A DNA stretch of 50,279 nucleotides, from the NCBI GenBank assembly GCA_021790235.1, contig JAJYID010000004.1:1-50279 (forward strand), read 5' to 3'. This DNA is from a bacterium. GTDB taxonomy: Bacteria > Patescibacteriota > CPR2 > UBA1875 > JAJYID01. The notes under the pieces are model-generated. The model was not told where the DNA came from. It did not search any database and saw only the letters and a program-made list of their open reading frames with translations. The translations under genes and the position numbers were made by a program. Below are positions 6,520 through 14,074 of this stretch, piece by piece; position 1 is the stretch's first letter, and every line of letters begins with the position of its first letter.

Positions 6520-7560
6520 GTGAAAGACTTGAAGTATAAACCGATGGACATGGAAAAGTATAATAAGGCTAGAGAACTAAGGAGAAAACTCTGGGGACCA
6601 CAATCCATCGCTAATGAAATCCAAGTTGATGACAGCACTGTCATTAGATGGACTGCTGATATTGCTAAGGAAATATTCGAGAGACGAGTTGAACTAATGA
6701 GGCGGCTTGTCCTGGAGAAGAAATACACCAGGAAAGAAATTTGCGAGAGGTTGTGTATTGGCATGTCTACCCTTTATAAATATACCAATGATATAAGAGA
6801 GGAAAAAAGAGACTATGATTTCCTTGGAAGAGAGGTAGAAAGGTTATTTCTTGAAGGTGAATCAAAAGGGAAAATCAAGAAAAAACTGAATGTTTCCGAG
6901 AGTTTTATCAGGAAACATACAAAACCTCTACAGAAAGATCTCGTAAATGCTGAGCAAGGCGAATACCGAAATGAGCAGGGCGTTTTGTTTGTAGCTTGCA
7001 AGTATCTTGCTGAGTATCTGGATATGAATACTGCTTCTATTTATCCGTCCTTACGGGAGTATGAGGTTCCATACATAGAGCTACTGACATCTAATGAACG
7101 TGTGAGCAGTAATAACGGACGTTTAAAGTTCTATGAGTTCGATAAAGTGTTTGAACTTGTCCCGTCGCTCAAAGAAAGAAAAGGGCGTATAGATGATTTC
7201 AACAATTTATCTGAAAAGCATATTCTTAGGACTAAACCAGAAGATCTGACCGATGAGGAATTCAAGGTTTTATGGGCGCTTCTAGTCTGGAGGAATACAA
7301 AAGACTATTGGCCTCTTCCGGCAAACCTTACCAGCATGTTGAGGGGTATGAGTGCAAAAGACATTTCCCGATGTTTTGCCTCATTAGAGCTCAAACGGTA
7401 TATTACAATCATATACGAGCATAAGAATGCAAACAGTATGAGGAGAATAGTTGTTCACAAGGGTCCGCCGGAACTTATAACTCGGCAGGTCGAGTGTGCT
7501 CATTGTGAACACAAATTCTTTGTTTCCAGGGATTATGTCGAAAATGGGGCTGAGCCGTAG
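6520..7560 (+). CDS. multi-HTH DNA-binding protein with C-terminal CxxC
   Basis: Three successive helix-turn-helix-like segments (STVIRWTADIAKE, MSTLYKYTNDIRE, VSESFIRKHTK), a winged-helix-like region and CAHCEH near the C-terminus. Start is GTG 6520 or ATG 6544. Confidence 0.55.
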   Translation: MKDLKYKPMDMEKYNKARELRRKLWGPQSIANEIQVDDSTVIRWTADIAKEIFERRVELMRRLVLEKKYTRKEICERLCIGMSTLYKYTNDIREEKRDYDFLGREVERLFLEGESKGKIKKKLNVSESFIRKHTKPLQKDLVNAEQGEYRNEQGVLFVACKYLAEYLDMNTASIYPSLREYEVPYIELLTSNERVSSNNGRLKFYEFDKVFELVPSLKERKGRIDDFNNLSEKHILRTKPEDLTDEEFKVLWALLVWRNTKDYWPLPANLTSMLRGMSAKDISRCFASLELKRYITIIYEHKNANSMRRIVVHKGPPELITRQVECAHCEHKFFVSRDYVENGAEP

Positions 7561-7607
7561 GTTTCTACGGTTCAGCCCCTAAGAGGTTCAAAAGCCTCTT
7601 TTTTTTT
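7546..7607 (+). terminator. double hairpin terminator
   Basis: GGGGCTGAGCCGTAG/CTACGGTTCAGCCCC (15 bp, 1 G:U), then AGAGG...CCTCT followed by T9. Confidence 0.7.
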
Positions 7608-7717
7608 GTTAAAAATGTTATTGACTGATGGCTTACTATTTCTGTAAAATTGAAAGGTATAATAAATTTAAAAACTTTCCAAGGTTTGCATACTTGGGGG
7701 GGTGAAAAGGAGGAGGA

Positions 7718-7894
7718 ATGGTAGAAGACATGATTAACTCAATCGGTCCGGATGATGAAGAAGATGAAGAAATGACTGAAGAAGAAATGCCAGAAGAACA
7801 GAAAGGTGAAGAGAGCGAAGGTGAAGAGAACGAAGAAACTGAAGGAGACAATGAAGAAGTAGGTGATAATGAAGAGGAAGAAGAAACTGAGTAA
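7718..7894 (+). CDS. highly acidic small protein (58 aa, 32 Asp/Glu)
   Basis: AAGGAGGAGGA SD region, with ATG at 7718 (alternative 7730) and TAA at 7892-7894. A strong terminator follows. The Ser-rich ORF 7636..7851 on the minus strand is its antisense shadow. Confidence 0.6.
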   Translation: MVEDMINSIGPDDEEDEEMTEEEMPEEQKGEESEGEENEETEGDNEEVGDNEEEEETE

Positions 7895-7908
7895 ATTAAC
7901 TATTTTTT

Positions 7909-7937
7909 AAAAAATGGCCTTTTAAGGCCATTTTTTT
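7909..7937 (+). terminator. rho-independent terminator
   Basis: AAATGGCCTT-tt-AAGGCCATTT followed by a T-run. Confidence 0.75.
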
Positions 7938-7986
7938 GTTATGTAATAAGTTTTTTAAATTTGCCACTTCATGATTTTATGATAAA

Positions 7987-8424
7987 ATGTGCTTTATGCA
8001 AATCACACTTAGAAATTATAAAGATTCGGACTTTGAAGCTGTCAAACAAAATATTGTTGATGGCGGCATTTTTGATCCCATTCGCGATACCAGGGAAAAT
8101 CTAAAGAAAAAGATTGAGTATGATTCGGAGTCTATTATTATTGCGGAGAAGAATGGAGAGTTGATCGGCAATGTTTTTTTCTTTGAGGATGGTTGGGCGG
8201 CTCACCTTTTCAGATTAGTGGTCAGAGAAGATTATCGCGGCAAGGGTGTGGCTCAATTGTTAATGCAAGAAGCTGAAAAAAGGTTGAGAGATAGGGGGAT
8301 AAAGCAGCAGATTATGTTTGTCAACGAAAAATCGCCTCACTTGATTGAACACTACAAAAAGCAAGGGTATAAAGCTATCGGGACGTACAGATTTATGAGA
8401 AAAGTATTTAATAGTGGAAATTAA
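7987..8424 (+). CDS. GNAT-family N-acetyltransferase
   Basis: Acetyl-CoA motif RGKGVAQLLMQEAEKRL and typical length. The start may be the ATG at 7996. Confidence 0.8.
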   Translation: MCFMQITLRNYKDSDFEAVKQNIVDGGIFDPIRDTRENLKKKIEYDSESIIIAEKNGELIGNVFFFEDGWAAHLFRLVVREDYRGKGVAQLLMQEAEKRLRDRGIKQQIMFVNEKSPHLIEHYKKQGYKAIGTYRFMRKVFNSGN

Positions 8425-8520
8425 TTTTTACCCTTTCTTAGATCATTCAGAATTGATCCATATATTTTTGTTGTTGGACATCATAATATTTTGCTTCGCA
8501 AGTGTAGTTATCTGCCGATT

Positions 8521-8988
8521 TTAATCCCTTTCTTTTGTCCTTAGTTCTCTTTGAACATCGCGTTTGATGTCTTTTCTTTTGATAGTTTCTCGTTTGTCGT
8601 GCTTCTTTTTACCACGACCAAGGCCAATTTCAACTTTGACAAAGCCTCGTTTCAAGTAGACTTTGATCGGAATAAGCGTCAGACCTTGAGTTTTTGATTT
8701 ACCGATGAGGCTCGAAATTTCTGATTTTTTAAGCAGCAGTTTACGCGATCTGGTTGGCTCTTGGTTCACATTTGTCGCCTGTTTGTATGGCGAGATGTGG
8801 GCGTTAGTCAAAAACACTTCCTCGCCTTTGACGGTGGCAAATGCTTCCTTGATTGAAATCTGGCCCGCTTTCACTGACTTCACCTCCGGACCGGTCAGGA
8901 CGATGCCGGCCTCAAAAGTTTCCAGGATTTCGTAGTCAAATCGAGCTTTTTTATTCGTCGCTATCACTTTCATATTGGGCATATTCAT
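8521..8988 (-). CDS. smpB: SsrA-binding protein SmpB
   Basis: NKKARFDYEILETFEAGIVLTGPEVKS and a basic C-terminal tail. Several in-frame Met residues at the N-terminus, so the start is uncertain by up to 6 codons. Confidence 0.9.
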   Translation of the reverse strand: MNMPNMKVIATNKKARFDYEILETFEAGIVLTGPEVKSVKAGQISIKEAFATVKGEEVFLTNAHISPYKQATNVNQEPTRSRKLLLKKSEISSLIGKSKTQGLTLIPIKVYLKRGFVKVEIGLGRGKKKHDKRETIKRKDIKRDVQRELRTKERD

Positions 8989-9006
8989 ATTATACTATAA
9001 TATATT

Positions 9007-9031
9007 GTCATCCTGAACTTGATTCAGGATC
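9007..9031 (+). repeat. short hairpin repeat, GTCAT family (GTCATCCTGAA-CTTGA-TTCAGGATC)
   Basis: 8-bp perfect stem with CTTGA loop. Confidence 0.75.
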
Positions 9032-9047
9032 TAGGTTTGTTTGTATA

Positions 9048-9072
9048 GATTCCGGATCAAGTCCGGAATGAC
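9048..9072 (-). repeat. short hairpin repeat, GTCAT family (GTCATTCCGGA-CTTGA-TCCGGAATC on the minus strand)
   Basis: 8-bp perfect stem with CTTGA loop. Its terminal GGAATGAC contains the likely argS ATG (9068). Confidence 0.75.
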
Positions 9073-10732
9073 AGAGGAAAAAATGCATGAGGAACTGAAA
9101 AAAGCTATTTATGAAGCTGTAAAAGCCCAACAAAAAGATTGCGGGTGCGACTTCTCTATTCCCGGAGTTGAGCTTGAACATCCGAAAGATATGCGATACG
9201 GCGATATCTCGACCAATGTTGCTATGAAAATTGGAAAATTGCAAAGGAAGGATCCGATGGCAATTGCTGAGAATTTGGTAAAACAATTGGATCCTGGTTT
9301 AGTCAGAATGACACAGAGGAGAATTGAGAAAGTCGAAGCTGTGAAGCCGGGATTTATTAACTTTTATTTCAGCAGTGATTATTACCAGAAAAAAGTTCAA
9401 GAAATCATATCTGCCGGTAAGAAATTTGCCGATTCAAATATTGGTGAAGGAAAGAAAACCCAAGTTGAGTTTTTGTCGGCCAATCCCACTGGTCCGGCGC
9501 ATCTCGGAAACGCGCGTGGTGGTTTCTATGGCGATGTACTGGCGAATACTTTTCAAAAATTCGGGTTTAAAGTCGAGAGAGAATATTACGTTAATGATGG
9601 TGGTGGGCAAGTCATAAAGCTTGCCAAGTCGATTTTGGCTGAGGCAGAAATTATTCCCGGGGATGAAAGGGTTTACAGCGGAGTTTATATAAAAAAGTGG
9701 GTTGATGAGAATCGGGCATTTATCGAGGAGAACAAAGACGATCAGCAAAAGATCGGCTACAAAGCCGCTTGGGATGTCATGAATGATTACATTAAACCCT
9801 CAATCGAAAAGATGCATATCAAGTTCGACGAGTTCTTCAGTGAAAAGACCTTGCTTGAAAGCGGGGCGGTAGAAAAAACAATTGACGAACTGAAAAAGAA
9901 AAAACTGACGTATAAAAAAGATCAGGCTCTGTGGCTTAAGACGACCGAATTTGGCGATGATCAGGATAGGGTGCTGGTAAAAAGCGATGGAATGTATGCC
10001 TATATCGCGCCCGACATCGCCTATCATTACAACAAGTTTGGCGAAAGAAAGTTTGATCATGTGGTTGATGTTTTCGGCACAGACCATCACGGTTATGTGA
10101 AAAGGCTTTTGACGGCGACAGCTGCTCTCGGCTATCCGGGTCAGCTCGATATTCGTTTATTGCAGCTGGTTCGTTTAATTCAAAAAGGCAAAGAGCTTAG
10201 GATGTCAAAACGCGCCGGCACTGCGGTTACTTTTGACGAACTTCTTGACTTAATCGGTACAAAAGATGCCTCTGATGTAGCAAGATTTTTCTTTCTTTCC
10301 CGCGACCTCGACACCCATATGGACTTTGATCTCGATCTGGCCAAAGACACCTCCGAGAAGAACCCGGTTTATTATGTGAAATATGCATCGGCCAGGATAA
10401 ATGGGATCTTGCGTAATGCGACTATTGATTATTCTAAACCAAATTTAGGGTTGATTAAAAAACCGGCCGAAATCGACCTCATTAAAAAATTGATTGAACT
10501 GCCAGAAATAGTTGAGCAGGTGGCAAGCGACAAGAAATATCCGGTTCACAAGTTTGCTTATTACATTACGGAAGTGGCTGAGAAATTCCACAAATTCTAT
10601 CATGATTACCGGGTTGTTTCCGACGATGCGGAACTAACCAAGGCCAGACTAGCGCTTGTTGCAGCCACAAAAAATGTTCTAGAAATCACCGGGGAAGACA
10701 TTCTCGGTATTAACATACCAGAGAGGATGTAA
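9068..10732 (+). CDS. argS: arginyl-tRNA synthetase
   Basis: ANPTGPAHLGNARGG (HIGH region), RMSKRAG (KMSKS-like) and the anticodon-binding C-terminus ending in ...RM. The ORF-track start at 9041 (TTG) reads through the repeat, so ATG 9068 or 9083 is preferred. Confidence 0.9.
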   Translation: MTEEKMHEELKKAIYEAVKAQQKDCGCDFSIPGVELEHPKDMRYGDISTNVAMKIGKLQRKDPMAIAENLVKQLDPGLVRMTQRRIEKVEAVKPGFINFYFSSDYYQKKVQEIISAGKKFADSNIGEGKKTQVEFLSANPTGPAHLGNARGGFYGDVLANTFQKFGFKVEREYYVNDGGGQVIKLAKSILAEAEIIPGDERVYSGVYIKKWVDENRAFIEENKDDQQKIGYKAAWDVMNDYIKPSIEKMHIKFDEFFSEKTLLESGAVEKTIDELKKKKLTYKKDQALWLKTTEFGDDQDRVLVKSDGMYAYIAPDIAYHYNKFGERKFDHVVDVFGTDHHGYVKRLLTATAALGYPGQLDIRLLQLVRLIQKGKELRMSKRAGTAVTFDELLDLIGTKDASDVARFFFLSRDLDTHMDFDLDLAKDTSEKNPVYYVKYASARINGILRNATIDYSKPNLGLIKKPAEIDLIKKLIELPEIVEQVASDKKYPVHKFAYYITEVAEKFHKFYHDYRVVSDDAELTKARLALVAATKNVLEITGEDILGINIPERM

Positions 10733-10906
10733 AATAATCCAAAGTTCTTACATTAGGAGCTGACTTTAGAGCAGCTGAGGTAACAAAAGAAATTGGCGGA
10801 CAACTATTCTTGCTGAATTCAAAAAATAAGAAATCTACTCGGAAAATCCCTCAATTTGGGAGACATCATGTTTATGCTGAGCTGGTTAAAGAAATTGTGC
10901 AAGGGG

Positions 10907-13237
10907 CTATTTAATCTCAAAACTTAGAACTTTGTTCTTTGTGGCGGCGTAGACAGTCTTTCCTGAGATAGTAGCGAAACGGATATCTGAGAAATCATCA
11001 GTGGTATATCTACCTTGATAAGATCCATTCTTACCGATAACGATGATGGATTTATCTAATGCGGATCCGACGATAATATCTTGTGTGGCAGTGTCAGTGT
11101 AGATAAAGCTGGCAGTGGTGAGATTGAGGGGTATATCTTTGATAGAGAAATCTTGTTTTTTGCCGGAAGTGAATTTGTCGATTTCTCCATTTTTGGTTAA
11201 AACATAGATGTCAGAATCAATTCTAAACGATATGGGATCCTGTATGTCTCCAGAATTTGACAGATATTCCGTTCCCTTGCCGTAACCGCTCGAAGTTCTA
11301 ATATGTTTATAAATCTGATCTTGAGTCAGCAGGTATAGACTTGTACCATATGAATCGATATCTATAGCCTTTTCCCAATTGCCTGAAGCACTTTTTTTAG
11401 TCACACTATTGTCACTTGTATCGAACTCGTAAACGGCTGGAGAATCAGTCAAAATTTCTATTGTTGCAATTTTGTCTAAGATCGCTGCACCAAGTACATT
11501 CCCCTCGATTTTCCCGTTATACTGAATGGTGGTGGCTTTTTTAGAGAGGATACCTACGCTTGAAATCTGGCCATTTTTTGAAATGACATATAAGGTATTT
11601 TTCAGTTTGTAAATGCCTACAATGTAAGTACTGCTTGTTTTAGAAAAATCTGCTAAAACTGATGGATTAATCTTAGTTGTGTCTGTGATTTTATTATATT
11701 CATCACTAATTTCTGTAAGCTTTTCTTTTGTTTGAACAACATAAAATTTACCGGTAATCAACTGATTTGCCAAAGCTCTAGCATCGATAAGATCCTGAGA
11801 TGCTTTTTGAAAATCGTTTTGGCCGGCCAGAGAATCGGCTTCTGAGATTTTTTGAATCATTGAATCGTATTTCGCTTTCTCAGCTTTTTTGAGTTTAGTA
11901 TCACCCTGACCAACTTTGGAAATTAAAAGATAACCGGCTAAGATTAAAAGAATTGCTACACCTATTGCCAAATAATGATTTTTTTTGAGATTGAGTTTTG
12001 GCAACTTTTTCTTATTATGTTTGAAGTTGGCCAGTTGAGTAGCAGAACCATAGAGTGAACCGAGATTGTTTAAAATAGTGCTTTTAGTTTTCTCAAATCT
12101 GGTTTTACTTGGTGCTTCGTCACTTTCTTTGATGTGGATTTCTGACTTATAAGCTGGGGTTTTAATCTTTTCTTCAATTTCCTTTGGTCCTTCTTTCCCC
12201 TGAGTTTCGTGAGTATCTTCAAACTCTTCAATCCCTGGGACTTTTTCTGTTTCAAAGCCTTCTATTTTTTCATCTGTTTCGGCTAAGACATTTGAAAAAA
12301 TACTTTCTTTTTTCTTAGCATGTTTTTCATAAACCTCACCTGACTTACCTTTTATAAGAGCAAAAAGTTCCTTGGATTTAGGCAACAAAGTATTTCCATA
12401 AAACTCAAACACTGTTAAAGAAACCAGTTTCAAATGTTTTAAAATTTTTGCTAATATATTAGTTGATTTTTCAGCTAGGATTTCTTTTTTCGTTGTGCCT
12501 TGCAGCCATATTTCTTCCGGTTCCTCATCCAGAGTTTCATTTGCCAGAGCTTCCGGTGTCATAAATTCTAAAATGATAGCGGCATTTTGTCCATAAGATC
12601 CGCCGACACCCTCGATTAATCCTGCCAAGTGATTGATAGCTATTTTGGGATGGTATTTGATTACGTATTTTGAAACTTCTTCAACTGAGCAAGATCTAAG
12701 AATTCCGGAGGAAAGAATAGAAATCCTGTCACCTTCAGCCAGTTCGCCGCTAGTAATATTTACAAAAGTTCGTAGTGGGTTAACGCTGTCACCGGCCAAG
12801 TCATCGGTAATATGGCTTTCTTTGTCACCTCTATAAAGATAAGCTTCGGCTTTACCAGTTTGAGTGATATGAATGGTATCATCGGCAAATACTGCTAATA
12901 TAGCATTGAGTCTACCCATCCAAAAGGTGTTGCCATTTGAAGTAAATTCACCCAATTCTTCATTAATCTTTGCCAGGGCATTTTCGAAACTTTCAAGCGG
13001 GTCTCTCTCTAACTCCTGATAATATTCACCATGGAAGGTATCAATAATGAGTTCTATCAGTTCTTCAGAACGTTTTGGGTTGCCATTGACATCAATTACG
13101 GCAAAAAGAATACCATGTCTTCGCTCGTCCGGATCATCGGGACGATGTTCGTAGGCAGTACAGATGTTGTTTGTTGATTTAAGTTTATGCGACTCGCTGG
13201 CGAGCCGGGCCGTCCGAAGGGCTAATTTTTTATTCAT
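10907..13237 (-). CDS. membrane protein: N-terminal degenerate PP2C-like domain, one TM helix and a C-terminal beta-propeller-like repeat region
   Basis: ILFAVIDVNGN and AEGDRISILSSGIL resemble PP2C motifs (FAVADGMGG, GDxLLLCSDGL), but the metal-binding Asp positions are substituted. TM segment YLAIGVAILLILAGYLLI. Repetitive beta-strand-like C-terminal half. Confidence 0.45.
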   Translation of the reverse strand: MNKKLALRTARLASESHKLKSTNNICTAYEHRPDDPDERRHGILFAVIDVNGNPKRSEELIELIIDTFHGEYYQELERDPLESFENALAKINEELGEFTSNGNTFWMGRLNAILAVFADDTIHITQTGKAEAYLYRGDKESHITDDLAGDSVNPLRTFVNITSGELAEGDRISILSSGILRSCSVEEVSKYVIKYHPKIAINHLAGLIEGVGGSYGQNAAIILEFMTPEALANETLDEEPEEIWLQGTTKKEILAEKSTNILAKILKHLKLVSLTVFEFYGNTLLPKSKELFALIKGKSGEVYEKHAKKKESIFSNVLAETDEKIEGFETEKVPGIEEFEDTHETQGKEGPKEIEEKIKTPAYKSEIHIKESDEAPSKTRFEKTKSTILNNLGSLYGSATQLANFKHNKKKLPKLNLKKNHYLAIGVAILLILAGYLLISKVGQGDTKLKKAEKAKYDSMIQKISEADSLAGQNDFQKASQDLIDARALANQLITGKFYVVQTKEKLTEISDEYNKITDTTKINPSVLADFSKTSSTYIVGIYKLKNTLYVISKNGQISSVGILSKKATTIQYNGKIEGNVLGAAILDKIATIEILTDSPAVYEFDTSDNSVTKKSASGNWEKAIDIDSYGTSLYLLTQDQIYKHIRTSSGYGKGTEYLSNSGDIQDPISFRIDSDIYVLTKNGEIDKFTSGKKQDFSIKDIPLNLTTASFIYTDTATQDIIVGSALDKSIIVIGKNGSYQGRYTTDDFSDIRFATISGKTVYAATKNKVLSFEIK

Positions 13238-13427
13238 CTCAAAAGCTTTTTATACGAAGAAGTGTAGCATTAAATAGGAAATTGTGCAATAAGTGAGAAG
13301 ACTGCTACACGAGACCCAATATGTATTGAAGAAAAATCCTTTTGGTAGTAAAATTAAATTAAGAAAAGAGAGGGGGCTCCCCTTTCTTTTTGTACACGAA
13401 TAACAAACAAAGAGCCGGGAGGCCAAA

Positions 13428-13838
13428 GTGACCTGTTTTACGTATCAAAACAAGGAAAGAGTTGAGTTGGAGCTGAGAAGTTTTCTTTTGAGAAGGGAGG
13501 TGGACTGGCAGGAATTCTGGCAACACTTTTGCAGTAAAGGGTTGAAGTACAAGGATCTTTTCTATGTCATCCTGCTTGCGCATAATCCCCGCCTGGTAAT
13601 CCAGGCAACGGAGGTCTACTGCAGGCACGAACCATCGGCGTATAATTTGCGCTATCTCCTCTGGGAGAAACTCTGCCCCGACGTGAGAGACTTGCTTGCG
13701 AAGGAGCTTCTGCGTCAGAGCGGTGATGCGAGAGATTGTGTTCAGATCGTCAGAAGCAAATGTAGTCCTGGACTCAGGTGCCAGGCAGTTGTGAAACTAA
13801 TGCATGACTTGCCGGGTTTTAAGAAGATTCTGAGCTAG
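13428..13838 (+). CDS. hypothetical protein (136 aa) in a GC-richer islet
   Basis: GTG start 5 nt after GGGAGG. The sequence is helical. No motif recognised. Confidence 0.5.
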   Translation: MTCFTYQNKERVELELRSFLLRREVDWQEFWQHFCSKGLKYKDLFYVILLAHNPRLVIQATEVYCRHEPSAYNLRYLLWEKLCPDVRDLLAKELLRQSGDARDCVQIVRSKCSPGLRCQAVVKLMHDLPGFKKILS

Positions 13839-13882
13839 CATCCATTGTGTACATGTCATTGTTGCCGAAGGGAGGTGTTTGC

Positions 13883-13948
13883 ATGAAGTTTTTCGGTAAA
13901 AAAGCAAAGGCCAGTGAACAGCAGGAAAAACCCGTCGGTCTTGGTTAG
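13883..13948 (+). CDS. 21-codon ORF (MKFFGKKAKASEQQEKPVGLG)
   Basis: GGGAGGTG SD 6 nt upstream of the ATG. A terminator lies downstream. Coding status unproven. Confidence 0.3.
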   Translation: MKFFGKKAKASEQQEKPVGLG

Positions 13949-13998
13949 TTTCTTTTCCCACCCCCGCCGGGCCGTCCTGGCTTGGCGGGTCCATTCGT

Positions 13999-14033
13999 GG
14001 CGAGATTTTTGAAAAAGGTAATCTCGCCTTTTT
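13999..14033 (+). terminator. rho-independent terminator
   Basis: GGCGAGAT...ATCTCGCC followed by TTTTT. Confidence 0.7.
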
Positions 14034-14059
14034 GTATACTTAAATTCACTTTTTGCTCG

Positions 14060-14068
14060 TGGTAGAAT
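14060..14068 (+). promoter_or_regulatory. extended -10 element (TGgTAGAAT) 6 nt before the helicase ATG, implying a leaderless mRNA
   Basis: TGGTAGAAT at 14060-14068 and ATG at 14075. No SD. Confidence 0.45.
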
Positions 14069-14074
14069 GAATTT

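Noticed and set aside
7636-7851. Ser-rich 71-aa ORF on the minus strand.
   Set aside because: It is the antisense shadow of the GAA/GAG-rich acidic ORF (7718..7894). That ORF has the SD and the terminator in the correct orientation.
9041-9067. TTG start for argS given by the ORF track (MYRFRIKSG...).
   Set aside because: The extension is a translation of the hairpin repeat. ATG 9068 or 9083 gives a normal ArgS N-terminus.
10733-10906. A 57-codon open frame without a start codon (...GADFRAAEVTKEIGGQLF...HHVYAELVKEIVQGAI*) after argS, possibly a gene remnant.
   Set aside because: It has no start codon and no recognisable family. It cannot be distinguished from chance without a database search.
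13567-13590. GTCATCC...AATCCC inside ORF 13428..13838 as a further GTCAT-family repeat.
   Set aside because: Only the short termini match, there is no internal stem, and it could be chance. It is not counted.
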